From a virus (lineage: Duplodnaviria > Caudoviricetes), in the IMG/VR virus record IMGVR_UViG_3300037851_000200, positions 1 to 25,078 of that record: a stretch of 25,078 nt of DNA. One strand, given 5' to 3'. The translations under genes and the position numbers were made by a program. Positions 1 through 9,757 of the stretch are shown here, in pieces; within the stretch, counting starts at the first letter, position 1, and every line of letters begins with the position of its first letter. The notes beneath the pieces were generated by a model. That model ran no database searches and was not told the origin of the DNA. It was given only the letters and a program-made list of their open reading frames with translations.

Positions 1-464
1 GCCGCCGGTGTCGTTCCAGGCTGTACGACCATTCCGCCGTCATCGGTAACCGTTGAATCTTCATCCCAATAGTACCACCACCCTCCGCCGTCGTTCACCG
101 TCAGCCTTCCGAGCGTTCTGACAATCGACGTAACTCCAGGAGTAAGGGCAACCAAGGCCGCCATATTGTCCACATTAGTTATCACCGAACTCGTCGACAC
201 GTTATCCTCTGTCCATATAACATTACCGGCAGAATCGGTAAGTATGAATTTATATGCACCCGAAGCCATGTAAATAGAAGCGCGTCCAGCAGCGTCAAGG
301 ACTATGGGATTGTCATTGGCAACTGTCCCGGCGGCGTTTGAATACGTCGTCTTTCTGGTGCTCGTACCGGCTTCGTAGGCATTAAGGAGTCCACCTGAAA
401 GCGGAACTCCCGACGAAGTGAAATACTGGTTCCTGATATACGGTGCTATATTTACAGCAGGCAT
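1..464 (-). CDS. Tailspike/tail fibre, N-terminal head-binding region (partial, runs off the left end)
   Basis: Translated by hand, not in the ORF track: MPAVNIAPYIRNQYFTSSGVPLSGGLLNAYEAGTSTRKTTYSNAAGTVANDNPIVLDAAGRASIY...NDGGGWWYYWD. GxPLxGG, NPIxLDxxGR and DGGG motifs are typical of podophage tailspike N-termini; GAGGAG RBS upstream. Confidence 0.8.
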   Translation of the reverse strand, partial: MPAVNIAPYIRNQYFTSSGVPLSGGLLNAYEAGTSTRKTTYSNAAGTVANDNPIVLDAAGRASIYMASGAYKFILTDSAGNVIWTEDNVSTSSVITNVDNMAALVALTPGVTSIVRTLGRLTVNDGGGWWYYWDEDSTVTDDGGMVVQPGTTPA

Positions 465-467
465 ATT

Positions 468-869
468 CTATCTCCTCATCTGCATTTGGTACGGGCCTCT
501 GCGATTTTTATTTCCTTGAAGGTTTCCGATAAAACCGCCTATTGTATTCACGGTTCCCATTGCGTTCTGAAATCCACCACCACCGCCCTGCTGCTGCCCG
601 GCATCGGTATACCCTCCGCCATTTTGCGAAAGCTCCCTAAGCTGGCCCGGCTGTACGTCGCCTTGCTGATCGTCCACACCACCGCCATACATATCGGTTC
701 TTGTGTTCGGCCTTGAATTTAAATACTGACCCGAACCTTCGTCATATCGCCTTACCGTGTTCGGCTGAACCGAATCGCCGATGCTTCCCATTTTGTAGGT
801 CTTGTCCTCATCCTTTTTTCTCCCGAGAACCGCACCGATAATGTTTCCAATAATCGCACCTATCGCCAT
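468..869 (-). CDS. Gly/Gln-rich small virion protein, possible extra ejection (pilot) protein
   Basis: 133 aa; N-terminal GAIIGNIIGAVLG glycine zipper; AAGGGA RBS; lies between the ejection genes and the tailspike. Confidence 0.55.
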   Translation of the reverse strand: MAIGAIIGNIIGAVLGRKKDEDKTYKMGSIGDSVQPNTVRRYDEGSGQYLNSRPNTRTDMYGGGVDDQQGDVQPGQLRELSQNGGGYTDAGQQQGGGGGFQNAMGTVNTIGGFIGNLQGNKNRRGPYQMQMRR

Positions 870-882
870 ATGCTTCCCTTCG

Positions 883-3279
883 TTACTTTTTCTTCTTTGC
901 TTTAAGGTATTCGCCTATTGTCAAGCCACCTGCTGCGGTCGCCCCAGTTGCAGCAAGAGTTTTTAGGGCCGAATATTTATCACCCTTCGCACCAGCCTTG
1001 CCCCATTCGTCTCCGTGGTATAATTGCGCTGGTGTTTTAGGTTTTGCAATTTCTTGTTCAGCTTCACGGCGAGATACGAAATTACCTTTTTTGTCAATAA
1101 AACCTACATTGTCGGTAGGCTTATTACTATTGTCAAGAAAGTGCTGGTATTTTAAACGCTCTTGAATTGCCGAGGTTTCACCTTTAATAATTGCATCTTT
1201 ATGCCCTCTCCAACCTCCGAGGTAAATCTTTCCTGTTTCTGGGTCGCGTATTGCTGGTGTGCCGACAAATTCATCTGATACTCCACCGACTGCACCGCGT
1301 TCATTGCCGAGTATTCCCGGTTTTTTGGGGGAGATGGATTCGCCTATTGTAGGTTTGTTTCCAAGTACATGCCATGCCGATATTTCTCCGGGCTGATTGT
1401 CTTTCGTTTTTTTCGCAACCTTGCCAGCTCGCATTTTTCGCGAAGCAACCTCTCCTTTAAAATCTTCAGGTGTCAACACCAACCGCTTCGGCAAGTTCTC
1501 CATGTAGATGTCAGTTTCAAGCGCAGCTTCTTTTATCTTGTCTGCCACTTCTTTTTCGGCTAATAAGGCAGCCTCTTCAGCGCGTAAATCAGATTCGATC
1601 TTTTGGTATTGTTCGGGAGTTACCCGGTATTTTTTAGCCCGTTCACTTATCCGAAGTGCGTTGTCGGCGTCTATAGACCCTTCAACGTCAATACCTTTTC
1701 GAAAATAGGCCGGAGTGTTTACGTCGGGTGGAAGATCAACCCTTATTTCGGTTTCTGGATTAACAACAGTAGGTGACACCTTTGCTTTTGGCGCAATCGC
1801 TTGACCGGCTTTGTAGAAAGCCTTTGTTGCCACTGGAGAGCCAAGTGCACGGCGTCCACCGGCAAGAGCGGCACCGATCAAAATCCCCTTTGCAACACGA
1901 CCTCCAGTTTCGTCGCCTTGCAACGTCGAAGCTCCCGCACCTATTCCAGTTCCAACCCCTGCCGTCAAAAGGTCGGAAAGTCCTACGCGCTGGTTGCTTT
2001 CTGATATAGGAATGCGTCTTTCGGCAACCTGCATTACAGGTATTATTTCATTCTGCGCTTTATTAATTTCCTTTAGTTCTCCGCCCAAATCTTCATGAAT
2101 CTTGTTTTTAAATCTCAAGTAAAGATTACTGTATGCGTCTTCTTTCCAGTTGGCGTCAGGATCAATCTTGTTTCCACCCAAGGAGCGACCGACGAATGCA
2201 GACTCTTTGCCTATTTCGGTGCGTATTTTCATTACCGTTGGAGCGTCAACAACTTCTCCGTAGGCACCTATGTACGCATCGCGCGTGTCGGTAAGCTCTT
2301 TGACTTTTTTGAGGTAATATTTTGGATTATCCTTGGGGTCGATTGAATTTATTTCATCGTCAAACATTTTCTTAATGTCAAACGTTGCGTCGCTATCTTT
2401 CGCTATTTCCTTTGCGGCGGTTTGAAGTGAAGAAAGTTTTTCTGTGGCCTTTTCGTATGTTTCTCGCGGGCTTCCAATGAGATCATGCTTGACAACATTT
2501 TCATGGTTATACCCTATTTTTCTTCCGTACTGCCCCGGCCTAAGCGATATGTCAATATTTCGAATAGCGGTATTTTTTAAAAGTTTTCCAGCTCCCGATT
2601 GAACGGCCTTTCCAAGTCCGGTTGATCCTGCACCTACACCGGCACCCAAGACAGCTTGACCAATAGTCTGTGGGGCACTTACTTCTCCGCTTTTTGATTG
2701 CTGGTAAGCTCCTGATCCAGCCCCATAGGCAGCTCCCGAAGCAGCTATCTTTGCAATGGCTTTACCTATTGTCGGAGCTACTTTTATAGCCTTTGCAGCG
2801 ACACCGGTTCCGGCGAGAAGCGGTGAAGATGTAGGATCAAGTGCCATGTCCTGAACAAATCCAATGGCACCATCTTCGGTGCTTTTTGTTCTACTTAAAT
2901 CGTTTGCCGCTTCTTTTGTGGCAGTCGATAAACTGCCACCACCGGCGAGCGTGCCCGCACCGGTTGCAACAGCGGATACGGTCCGCGCCGGGAAGGTGAG
3001 CGCGTCACCGGCACCCGCAATCATGCGCGGCACAAAGCCCCCTCCACGTTCGGTACTCTCGGTGGTCGCTGGAAACAGTGCCCCGGCAACACCATATTTT
3101 TCGGTTTGTGTGACTTCAGGTTTTTTTTGTTTGACTTCTGGCTGCTTTACCGGTTCTGGTGTGTCGTACTTAACTTTGAAGTCATCGACGACAGCTCGAA
3201 CGTCTTCAGCTGGTGCGTTCTGTGATGCCATTTGAGCGACTATGTCGTCAAGCTTTTTCCTGTTCACATCGTTAAGCAT
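883..3279 (-). CDS. Large DNA ejection/transfer protein (P22 gp16 position)
   Basis: 798 aa; Ala/Gly-rich with several GxxxG zipper segments; third gene of the ejection cluster. Confidence 0.65.
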   Translation of the reverse strand: MLNDVNRKKLDDIVAQMASQNAPAEDVRAVVDDFKVKYDTPEPVKQPEVKQKKPEVTQTEKYGVAGALFPATTESTERGGGFVPRMIAGAGDALTFPARTVSAVATGAGTLAGGGSLSTATKEAANDLSRTKSTEDGAIGFVQDMALDPTSSPLLAGTGVAAKAIKVAPTIGKAIAKIAASGAAYGAGSGAYQQSKSGEVSAPQTIGQAVLGAGVGAGSTGLGKAVQSGAGKLLKNTAIRNIDISLRPGQYGRKIGYNHENVVKHDLIGSPRETYEKATEKLSSLQTAAKEIAKDSDATFDIKKMFDDEINSIDPKDNPKYYLKKVKELTDTRDAYIGAYGEVVDAPTVMKIRTEIGKESAFVGRSLGGNKIDPDANWKEDAYSNLYLRFKNKIHEDLGGELKEINKAQNEIIPVMQVAERRIPISESNQRVGLSDLLTAGVGTGIGAGASTLQGDETGGRVAKGILIGAALAGGRRALGSPVATKAFYKAGQAIAPKAKVSPTVVNPETEIRVDLPPDVNTPAYFRKGIDVEGSIDADNALRISERAKKYRVTPEQYQKIESDLRAEEAALLAEKEVADKIKEAALETDIYMENLPKRLVLTPEDFKGEVASRKMRAGKVAKKTKDNQPGEISAWHVLGNKPTIGESISPKKPGILGNERGAVGGVSDEFVGTPAIRDPETGKIYLGGWRGHKDAIIKGETSAIQERLKYQHFLDNSNKPTDNVGFIDKKGNFVSRREAEQEIAKPKTPAQLYHGDEWGKAGAKGDKYSALKTLAATGATAAGGLTIGEYLKAKKKK

Positions 3280-3285
3280 ATAGCC

Positions 3286-4632
3286 TCAGTATGTTAAGCC
3301 GTATTTTTTCTTTGCATCTTCAACAACGGAAGGGGTCACGTATCCGCTGCCTGAGGTAGTGCTGCCTGTCGCTTCTACACCACCGACAAGATCAAAGACA
3401 CTTTCGTACTGGTCGTATCCTTCCGTATTGTATCCAGACGCCTTGTAGCTTCTTTTGTAAATCTTGAAAGTATCATCTATCTGCCTCATCAAATTTTCCA
3501 TGATACCCTTTGCAACCGTAGGATCAGTACGTGCCGTTGCAACCATTTTTTTGTATCTATCTATGTCGTTATCGGTTAATACTCCAACCTCTTTAAAAAC
3601 ACCGCGCGCCAATGACGGAACAAGCATGTTAACATAATTTTCAACCTCTTGAAGGTCTGAATCGTATGGGTTTTTCCCTAATATATGTCCAGTTATCGGG
3701 CCTTTTTTAAGATTAGAAATCTCATCTATTTTGGCCTTTAACTTTTTGGCAGTTTGGGCTGCAATCGCCGCTTGCTGAAATGCCAGAGTACCGGTGTCGG
3801 TAAGTGGTTTTCCTACACCTTTTGGCTTTTTATTGGTGTCGGACACAGTCTTTAAGAGATCAGCCTCACCCTTCCTCAAATTCAAGTCTTTTTCACGCTC
3901 AATATAATCAGCCCCCACCTTAGAAATTTTTTCCTTAGAAAGCTGCTCATTAAGACCCGATTTTTCCTTTTTTAGCTTAATCTCTTCAAGCTGTTTTTCA
4001 AGCCTTTTCTGTTCGGCAAGGTAAGGGTCAACCCACTGGTCGGGATTGGCTTTAAACTCGTCTTCAGTGGCCGGAAGCCTAAGTTGCTCCCTTTTAAGGT
4101 TCGTATTTTTCTGAATATTCAATATGGCCGTGTTTAGCGGCATTTCGCCCCTTCTTGCCATGTCAAGATAATAGGATATGTTGCCATTCAAGGCCGTGCT
4201 AAAACTCATATCTGCCACTTTATTAGCAATTGTTTTAGCTTCGAGATCGGCAATTGCCGCATCATTAGCCGCTTTCTTACCGGCAATCTGTAATTCCTGA
4301 TCTTGTGCTTTATACGCCCGCTCCGCTGCGTCGGCAAGCATGGCAGTAGCCTTTTTATACATCTTCGGATCGGCGGCAAGAACATCGTTTAAAGCCGCCC
4401 CGGTTCGATTCAGATAATCGTCCTGATTCTTTCCATCCCACCCCTTAAGGCGTTCGCCGAAAACAGTGTTGAGATACTCGTTCTCTTCAAGGTCTTTCAT
4501 TTCCTTCTTTTTCTCTCCCACCCTACCGACAATACCCATGACACCCTGAACCGCCCCGAGTGCTTCGCCTATACTCGTTCCGTTACGCTGCCTATTCCAC
4601 ACACTCGAATCAAGACCGCTTCTCATGTTCAT
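3286..4632 (-). CDS. DNA ejection/transfer protein (P22 gp20 position)
   Basis: 448 aa; helical/coiled-coil composition; C-terminal GVLTDNDIDRY resembles the GxLS/TDxD motif of podophage ejection proteins; synteny. Confidence 0.65.
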   Translation of the reverse strand: MNMRSGLDSSVWNRQRNGTSIGEALGAVQGVMGIVGRVGEKKKEMKDLEENEYLNTVFGERLKGWDGKNQDDYLNRTGAALNDVLAADPKMYKKATAMLADAAERAYKAQDQELQIAGKKAANDAAIADLEAKTIANKVADMSFSTALNGNISYYLDMARRGEMPLNTAILNIQKNTNLKREQLRLPATEDEFKANPDQWVDPYLAEQKRLEKQLEEIKLKKEKSGLNEQLSKEKISKVGADYIEREKDLNLRKGEADLLKTVSDTNKKPKGVGKPLTDTGTLAFQQAAIAAQTAKKLKAKIDEISNLKKGPITGHILGKNPYDSDLQEVENYVNMLVPSLARGVFKEVGVLTDNDIDRYKKMVATARTDPTVAKGIMENLMRQIDDTFKIYKRSYKASGYNTEGYDQYESVFDLVGGVEATGSTTSGSGYVTPSVVEDAKKKYGLTY

Positions 4633-4643
4633 ATCGTTTCCCC

Positions 4644-6533
4644 TTACAGTCCAAGCCAGTTTAAAAGGCCGCCATTATCTGACTTGCTTTGTTGTGCAGC
4701 TGCAGCGGCGTTCGCTTTCTGCATTTCAATGTCGCCTATTGTGCCGTAGTAATCCATTGTCACATCAGCATTTCTATTCCGAGCACCTAAGCCTACATTT
4801 GACAAGTCGCTGATCATACCGTATTTATTTGTCTTATTGGCCCGCTGTCTATCGTATGAGTCTGTCAACATTCCATACTTGTTGGCGCTCTCAAGCTGCT
4901 TGTTTGCCGTGTTTTCTTTTGTATATTCGAACTGCCTGTCCGCATAGTCCTGATCAACGCCATAATTAAACGCTCTATCACTTGTGTAATTAGCGTTATT
5001 TATGTTGTAAACGTCAATAAGGTTCTGTAAATTCTTCTGGCTTGTGGCAAAGTCAAATTGCCGGTTTGCATCAAACTGCCCGAAATTCTGAGCATTTTCA
5101 GCAGCAGCCATGCCCCGCATGGTTGCGTACTGGTCAAAATTCTGGCCCTGTACTCCCTGTGCGAAATTTCTGTCGGCATTATACTGCCCAAGATTCTGAG
5201 CGTTAAAAGCAAGCTGGTTCCCGGCGTTCATGTTGTGAATATCAGCGTCCTGCCCGCGATTCTGTGAATATGCCCCTTGTGCCGTCTGGAAATTTTCAAC
5301 ATTTGCACCCTGCTTAAACTGTCGATCAGTATTCCACTGTGCAACGGCCTTGTCTGCTTCCGATCCACGTATGTTTTGCGTGTCAAGATACCTGCGGTAT
5401 TCATCTTCTGTCTGATACCTTGTCGTGTCCTTCAGGTCTGCCCGCTGATCCTGAAAGCGCCCATAGTCGGTCTGATCCTGCTGGCGATACCTGTCAAAAG
5501 CTGCCGCTCCTTCGGTTGCCGCAAGGTCGCTCGCATTCTGCTGCAAGGCTTTAAGATTCGATCCCGACAGCTGCATTCCTCTTGCCGCCGCAGACGCTTC
5601 AACAGCCTTGTTCGCATCGGCAAGACGCTTCTGATAAACCGGATCATCCTGAAGATTAAACTGTTTCGATTGAAACTGCTCTTGAGGCTGTACGTACCTC
5701 GCTTGCGGAGCTTCAGTTGCCCGGTACTGCTGCGGCTGCTGCCCGAAATCTTGCACGGCGTTAAACTGCGGGGCCTGCTGTTGACTTTGAAAATCACGGT
5801 ACTGCACCTGCCCGGGCTGCTGCTGATTAAACATTGGCTGCTGAGCCTGCTGTTGTGCTGGGCCCGAATAATTGCTGGCATTCGGATTTGAAGACCCCGG
5901 CTGACCGGCTGCAACTCGTTTCGCATTCTCGGTCGCCATAAATTCCATTGTCTTGCGATATTCGGTGCGCTGCTCAGGAGATAACGTAGCCTCAAATTCA
6001 GGATTGTATTGAGGCGGCATAGGCTGACCGTTCTGTAGTGTAGAGCCCGACGGTTGCGGCTGCTGTTGTGCCGCTTGCTGCCTCTGCTGAACCTGTTGAC
6101 CACCTTGACTATACGTAAACGGTGCCGGAGCCTGCTGCTCGTATCTAAATGCTTCCGGGTTAGCCTGTGCGTACTGGTACTTTTCAGGGGTCATCAGCTT
6201 GTCACGAGATTCGTATTGAAACATCCCACCCGGCTCGTACTGTGGGGCAACGTATTGCTGGTACGCACTAAACAGGTCTTCGTTCATGTCAAACGCGCCG
6301 GATTCAACACCGGTTTTAAGAGCGTTCAACTGCTCGTCGCCCATTTTTATAAGGGGTTCATTCTCAGTCCTTACATAGTCAAGCCCCTCTTTCGCCCATT
6401 CCTGAGCCTTTGACCCGGCCCATTGCTGCTTTTTTAGTGCTTCATTGTTGTTATACCAATTAAACATGCTCCTAATCGGTCCAGGCAACATTTCACCAGC
6501 AGAATTAAATTTTTCTTTAACCTCATTGCCCAT
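4644..6533 (-). CDS. DNA ejection/transfer protein (P22 gp7-like), extended and Gln-rich
   Basis: 629 aa; contains DPVYQKRL...VEASAAARGMQLSGSNLKALQQ, the gp7-type SAAARG..SG..LKAL motif; first gene of the ejection cluster. Confidence 0.75.
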   Translation of the reverse strand: MGNEVKEKFNSAGEMLPGPIRSMFNWYNNNEALKKQQWAGSKAQEWAKEGLDYVRTENEPLIKMGDEQLNALKTGVESGAFDMNEDLFSAYQQYVAPQYEPGGMFQYESRDKLMTPEKYQYAQANPEAFRYEQQAPAPFTYSQGGQQVQQRQQAAQQQPQPSGSTLQNGQPMPPQYNPEFEATLSPEQRTEYRKTMEFMATENAKRVAAGQPGSSNPNASNYSGPAQQQAQQPMFNQQQPGQVQYRDFQSQQQAPQFNAVQDFGQQPQQYRATEAPQARYVQPQEQFQSKQFNLQDDPVYQKRLADANKAVEASAAARGMQLSGSNLKALQQNASDLAATEGAAAFDRYRQQDQTDYGRFQDQRADLKDTTRYQTEDEYRRYLDTQNIRGSEADKAVAQWNTDRQFKQGANVENFQTAQGAYSQNRGQDADIHNMNAGNQLAFNAQNLGQYNADRNFAQGVQGQNFDQYATMRGMAAAENAQNFGQFDANRQFDFATSQKNLQNLIDVYNINNANYTSDRAFNYGVDQDYADRQFEYTKENTANKQLESANKYGMLTDSYDRQRANKTNKYGMISDLSNVGLGARNRNADVTMDYYGTIGDIEMQKANAAAAAQQSKSDNGGLLNWLGL

Positions 6534-6543
6534 ATTTATCTCC

Positions 6544-6957
6544 TTACACTCCGGAAACCCGGTAAAATCCCCTTATTACCACAACCTCATCAGTTACCAA
6601 GTAGTTAGGTATCTGGGCGGTAAGTGAAACGGTGTCAATATTCGCAGTACCTATCATTGAATTAGTTGTAAAGCTGTGAATCATTACAAAGCCAGAGCCT
6701 ACCGGAGCTACCGGAAGCGTCATTGTGGCCCCTGCCGCCATTGTGTGTGTACCGTTTATTACCACCGTAAAGCTGCATTCAATACCGAATCTTTGATACC
6801 AGGCCTCGACGGTGGGAGTTCCGGTCATTCCGGTAATTTCCGGTATCCATGAACCATTTTTATAGTTCTTTGAAGAAAGGTGATTCATTATATCGATGAA
6901 CCACGATTGCAATTCCTGGACAGTTCTTGCCGCAAAGCTAAACTGAGAAAGCATCAT
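6544..6957 (-). CDS. Small tail protein at the tail-needle (gp26) position
   Basis: 137 aa; short N-terminal helix then beta-rich domain; overlaps the stop of the gp10-like gene; function from synteny only. Confidence 0.5.
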   Translation of the reverse strand: MMLSQFSFAARTVQELQSWFIDIMNHLSSKNYKNGSWIPEITGMTGTPTVEAWYQRFGIECSFTVVINGTHTMAAGATMTLPVAPVGSGFVMIHSFTTNSMIGTANIDTVSLTAQIPNYLVTDEVVVIRGFYRVSGV

Positions 6958-8369
6958 TCAACCTCAATAAAAAGGCTGTTGATTATCCACTTTACCGCAT
7001 CGGTCATTATAAAATTATACGTCCTATCGCGTGATCTTCCGAGGCGGTCGAAATATGCACGGCGAACATATTCTCCAATCTTGCCAGGTGTGCAAGTAAA
7101 TTCATTGGAAAACGTATTATTCGCATCATCGGAAAATCGCATCATCACCGTGGGGGAATAACCATCAACACCCCCGACCCCCTTTTCCATGTCTATTTCA
7201 ACACGTTTGTGGCGAAGCAGCTTATTTTCTGATCCTATATGATTTGTAACAATTTCACGCTTGATTAGCTCTCCAGCTTCACCATAAATATCAAGCGACA
7301 TTTCATATATATTGCCGTTCTGGTACGATCCGACATAGAACTTCCCATTGAGAAACGCGCACCCTTGTGCAAACTGGCGCATATTATTGCCTGTTATCGT
7401 ATTGCGCGAACCTCGCCGGTGCCACTCTCCGGTCGTCATGTCGTATACAAACGTCTTTTCGGTGGTAAAGTTAAGCACGTAAAAAGAATGCCCCTCATCG
7501 GTATACGTGAACGAAGTCGCGTTCTCAATTCCGACAAACTGTTTTATCTGATACTCAATGGCTGGTGTGCTTATCTTCGTAACTTCGTAACCGCTTCCCA
7601 TAAATACCGAAGCGTACCCGTTCTGCCCGTTTCCGACAAAGAATATTTGCGACCCGTTAGAAGCTATCGAATAGGGGGCAATGCAGCCAATCTCTTTGAC
7701 CGCTCCGTATATCGCCTGCCACGGAAGATCGGCACTTTCAACCGATTGCCAAAGCTCGATTGACTGGTTGCCAATCATCCATATTGTTCCATTGCTGGTT
7801 TTAATAAGGCCCTGCAACGTATCGGCAGAATATTCAGCGGTTGCAAAATCAAGGCCGTGCCATGCAGTGCCGTCATAAGACGAAGAAAAGTAAAACTGCC
7901 CGCTTCCGGCACTATTTACGATGAAGTATCCTTTGTTAAAAATGCAATGTGTCGGATAGGCTGGAAAATCTCCGTCAGTTATTGTGGTAAGCACGTTTGT
8001 ACCAAGTGTAAAAATATACCCGTTTGATCCGTCAACTATAAGCACCTGACTTCCGTTATCGCATATTCCACACACTCCGGTACTGGTGTTTATCGTTCCG
8101 CGTTCGGTTGCCACTTCGGCAGAAGATATTTCGATCAGCTTATTCAGTATGACCGCAAACATCCTCCCGGTGCTTGTGGTATACAGCGCCCGGCAATACC
8201 CGCTCGAATATGCGACCACAGCGTTTCGGTATCCAGGACAACCGATTAAAGCTTTTACATATTTCGATTTTATTCCGTCCTGAATTTCTGGATAAAAATT
8301 GACAAGATCAGTACACGAAATAGCTTTCGAACGTCCGGCATTAGTACCGTGTACAATGTCAAAAATCAT
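6954..8369 (-). CDS. Packaged-DNA stabilization / tail hub protein (P22 gp10-like)
   Basis: 471 aa; motifs VNFYPE, DNGSQVLIVDG, FATAEYSAD, GHSFYVL, TFVYD...WH, GKIGEY..R..F.RLG; size and position match gp10. Confidence 0.9.
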   Translation of the reverse strand: MIFDIVHGTNAGRSKAISCTDLVNFYPEIQDGIKSKYVKALIGCPGYRNAVVAYSSGYCRALYTTSTGRMFAVILNKLIEISSAEVATERGTINTSTGVCGICDNGSQVLIVDGSNGYIFTLGTNVLTTITDGDFPAYPTHCIFNKGYFIVNSAGSGQFYFSSSYDGTAWHGLDFATAEYSADTLQGLIKTSNGTIWMIGNQSIELWQSVESADLPWQAIYGAVKEIGCIAPYSIASNGSQIFFVGNGQNGYASVFMGSGYEVTKISTPAIEYQIKQFVGIENATSFTYTDEGHSFYVLNFTTEKTFVYDMTTGEWHRRGSRNTITGNNMRQFAQGCAFLNGKFYVGSYQNGNIYEMSLDIYGEAGELIKREIVTNHIGSENKLLRHKRVEIDMEKGVGGVDGYSPTVMMRFSDDANNTFSNEFTCTPGKIGEYVRRAYFDRLGRSRDRTYNFIMTDAVKWIINSLFIEVE

Positions 8370-9064
8370 GAAAAGGTGTCCGAGTCAAAGTTGTATGTTC
8401 CATTACTCAAAAAAGGCCCTTCGAGCTGCATTGGTGCTGGTTTTTTCAGGTTTGTTCTTTTTATCGCAGTAAGCGTTTCCTGCGCCCTTTTTACAAGCAA
8501 TACCGGGGGGTCAGATTTTTCGTATTCGTGCCATACCTCAAGGGCGACATTGTATACCAGCGCACTTTTATACCCGTCTGGCAAAGTCACCGTTTCACTT
8601 CCGGCTGTATAAGCAGTAAATGCCTTATTGCTCAATATTGTAATCGTACAGTTTTGGTCAGGCTTTCCGACAAGGTTAACCGTTCCGGTACTCTCTGACG
8701 GAACATAATACAACAGCGTCGGCGTTTCTGATACCGTTTTATCGGCAACCCCCATGTACTCATTTTCGCTGATAATCGAAAGCGGATAATCGATAGTATT
8801 AATTGTAAGGTATGCAGCTATTATTTTGAGAGGCTTACTGCCAGCCCAAGTCATTGCCGGGCCTATGGTGTAAGACTGTGTTCCAGAAACCACATTAAAC
8901 GTCTGACTTTGCGATAATGCGATAATCCCATCATTATGCCACTCTTCGAGAAGCAAGTTTATTGACTCAATGCAATCGCGCAATGCTTCAGCGCGTAGTG
9001 TTTCTCCTGAAGCAATTGACCCGGATTTCCTAAGTATCGCATTGGCAAGTTCAAGTACGGTCAT
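8366..9064 (-). CDS. Head-tail adaptor (P22 gp4-like)
   Basis: 232 aa; N-terminal ILRKSG..ASGE...INLLLEEW and C-terminal LPDGYKSALVYNVALE patterns; directly upstream of the gp10-like gene. Confidence 0.8.
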   Translation of the reverse strand: MTVLELANAILRKSGSIASGETLRAEALRDCIESINLLLEEWHNDGIIALSQSQTFNVVSGTQSYTIGPAMTWAGSKPLKIIAAYLTINTIDYPLSIISENEYMGVADKTVSETPTLLYYVPSESTGTVNLVGKPDQNCTITILSNKAFTAYTAGSETVTLPDGYKSALVYNVALEVWHEYEKSDPPVLLVKRAQETLTAIKRTNLKKPAPMQLEGPFLSNGTYNFDSDTFS

Positions 9065-9757
9065 TTATTTGTTCTCCGGCCATTTCCCGCCATTAGCAAG
9101 AAACTCCTGATATTTACCTTTTTTTAACAGCGTTCCGTGGTGAATAAATGTTATCGAAGGATCAACCCATATCTTTATTCCGGCATCGGAACATATCTTG
9201 CAGAAATAAACATCTTCGCCCCACCATCGCTTATCATTACCAACAAGGAAGCCGGTTCTAAAATGAAGCGACTCTCCGTTGTTGTCGATATTTTCAGGGT
9301 ATTTTTTATCAAGTAACTCAAAAACTGATCTTGATATTCTCATGAACCCTGTAGGAACAAAATTGCATTCAATGATACCATTTTCAATATCGGCAATAGG
9401 TGTATTATTTTCGTCAAGTTTAACGTTAATAGGATAATCGTTTTTGTCTTGCGCTCGAAATGGATAAGCCCCTCCTATCAGGTCAACATCTTGGCGCATT
9501 AGCTTCCACATTCCGTCAACGTCGAACGCAAGATCTGAATCAACAAAAATCATATCGGTACAATCGGTCGAAAGAAATGTTTTTACAAGATGGTTTCTTG
9601 CCATTTCGATGTAGGGGTCGCCAAGCTGAAAGCCGAACGTTGCCTCAACCCTATGTGATCTAAGATTTTCAATACTACCGAAAACCGAAGCCATGCACAA
9701 GGCGTGTACCTTTGAATCATACGCAGGAACGGCAATAAAAACTTTCTTCACTGTCAT
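9065..9757 (-). CDS. GT-A fold glycosyltransferase (GT2-like)
   Basis: 230 aa; VFIAVPAY first strand, ARNHLV, IFVDSD (DxD), TGFMRISRSVF, GEDVYFC catalytic motif, IWVDP...HHG. Confidence 0.85.
   Translation of the reverse strand: MTVKKVFIAVPAYDSKVHALCMASVFGSIENLRSHRVEATFGFQLGDPYIEMARNHLVKTFLSTDCTDMIFVDSDLAFDVDGMWKLMRQDVDLIGGAYPFRAQDKNDYPINVKLDENNTPIADIENGIIECNFVPTGFMRISRSVFELLDKKYPENIDNNGESLHFRTGFLVGNDKRWWGEDVYFCKICSDAGIKIWVDPSITFIHHGTLLKKGKYQEFLANGGKWPENK

Noticed and set aside
5432-6103. 223-aa alternative-frame ORF inside the gp7-like gene
   Set aside because: Ser/Arg-rich by-product of CAG-rich codons; no RBS or slippery site noticed
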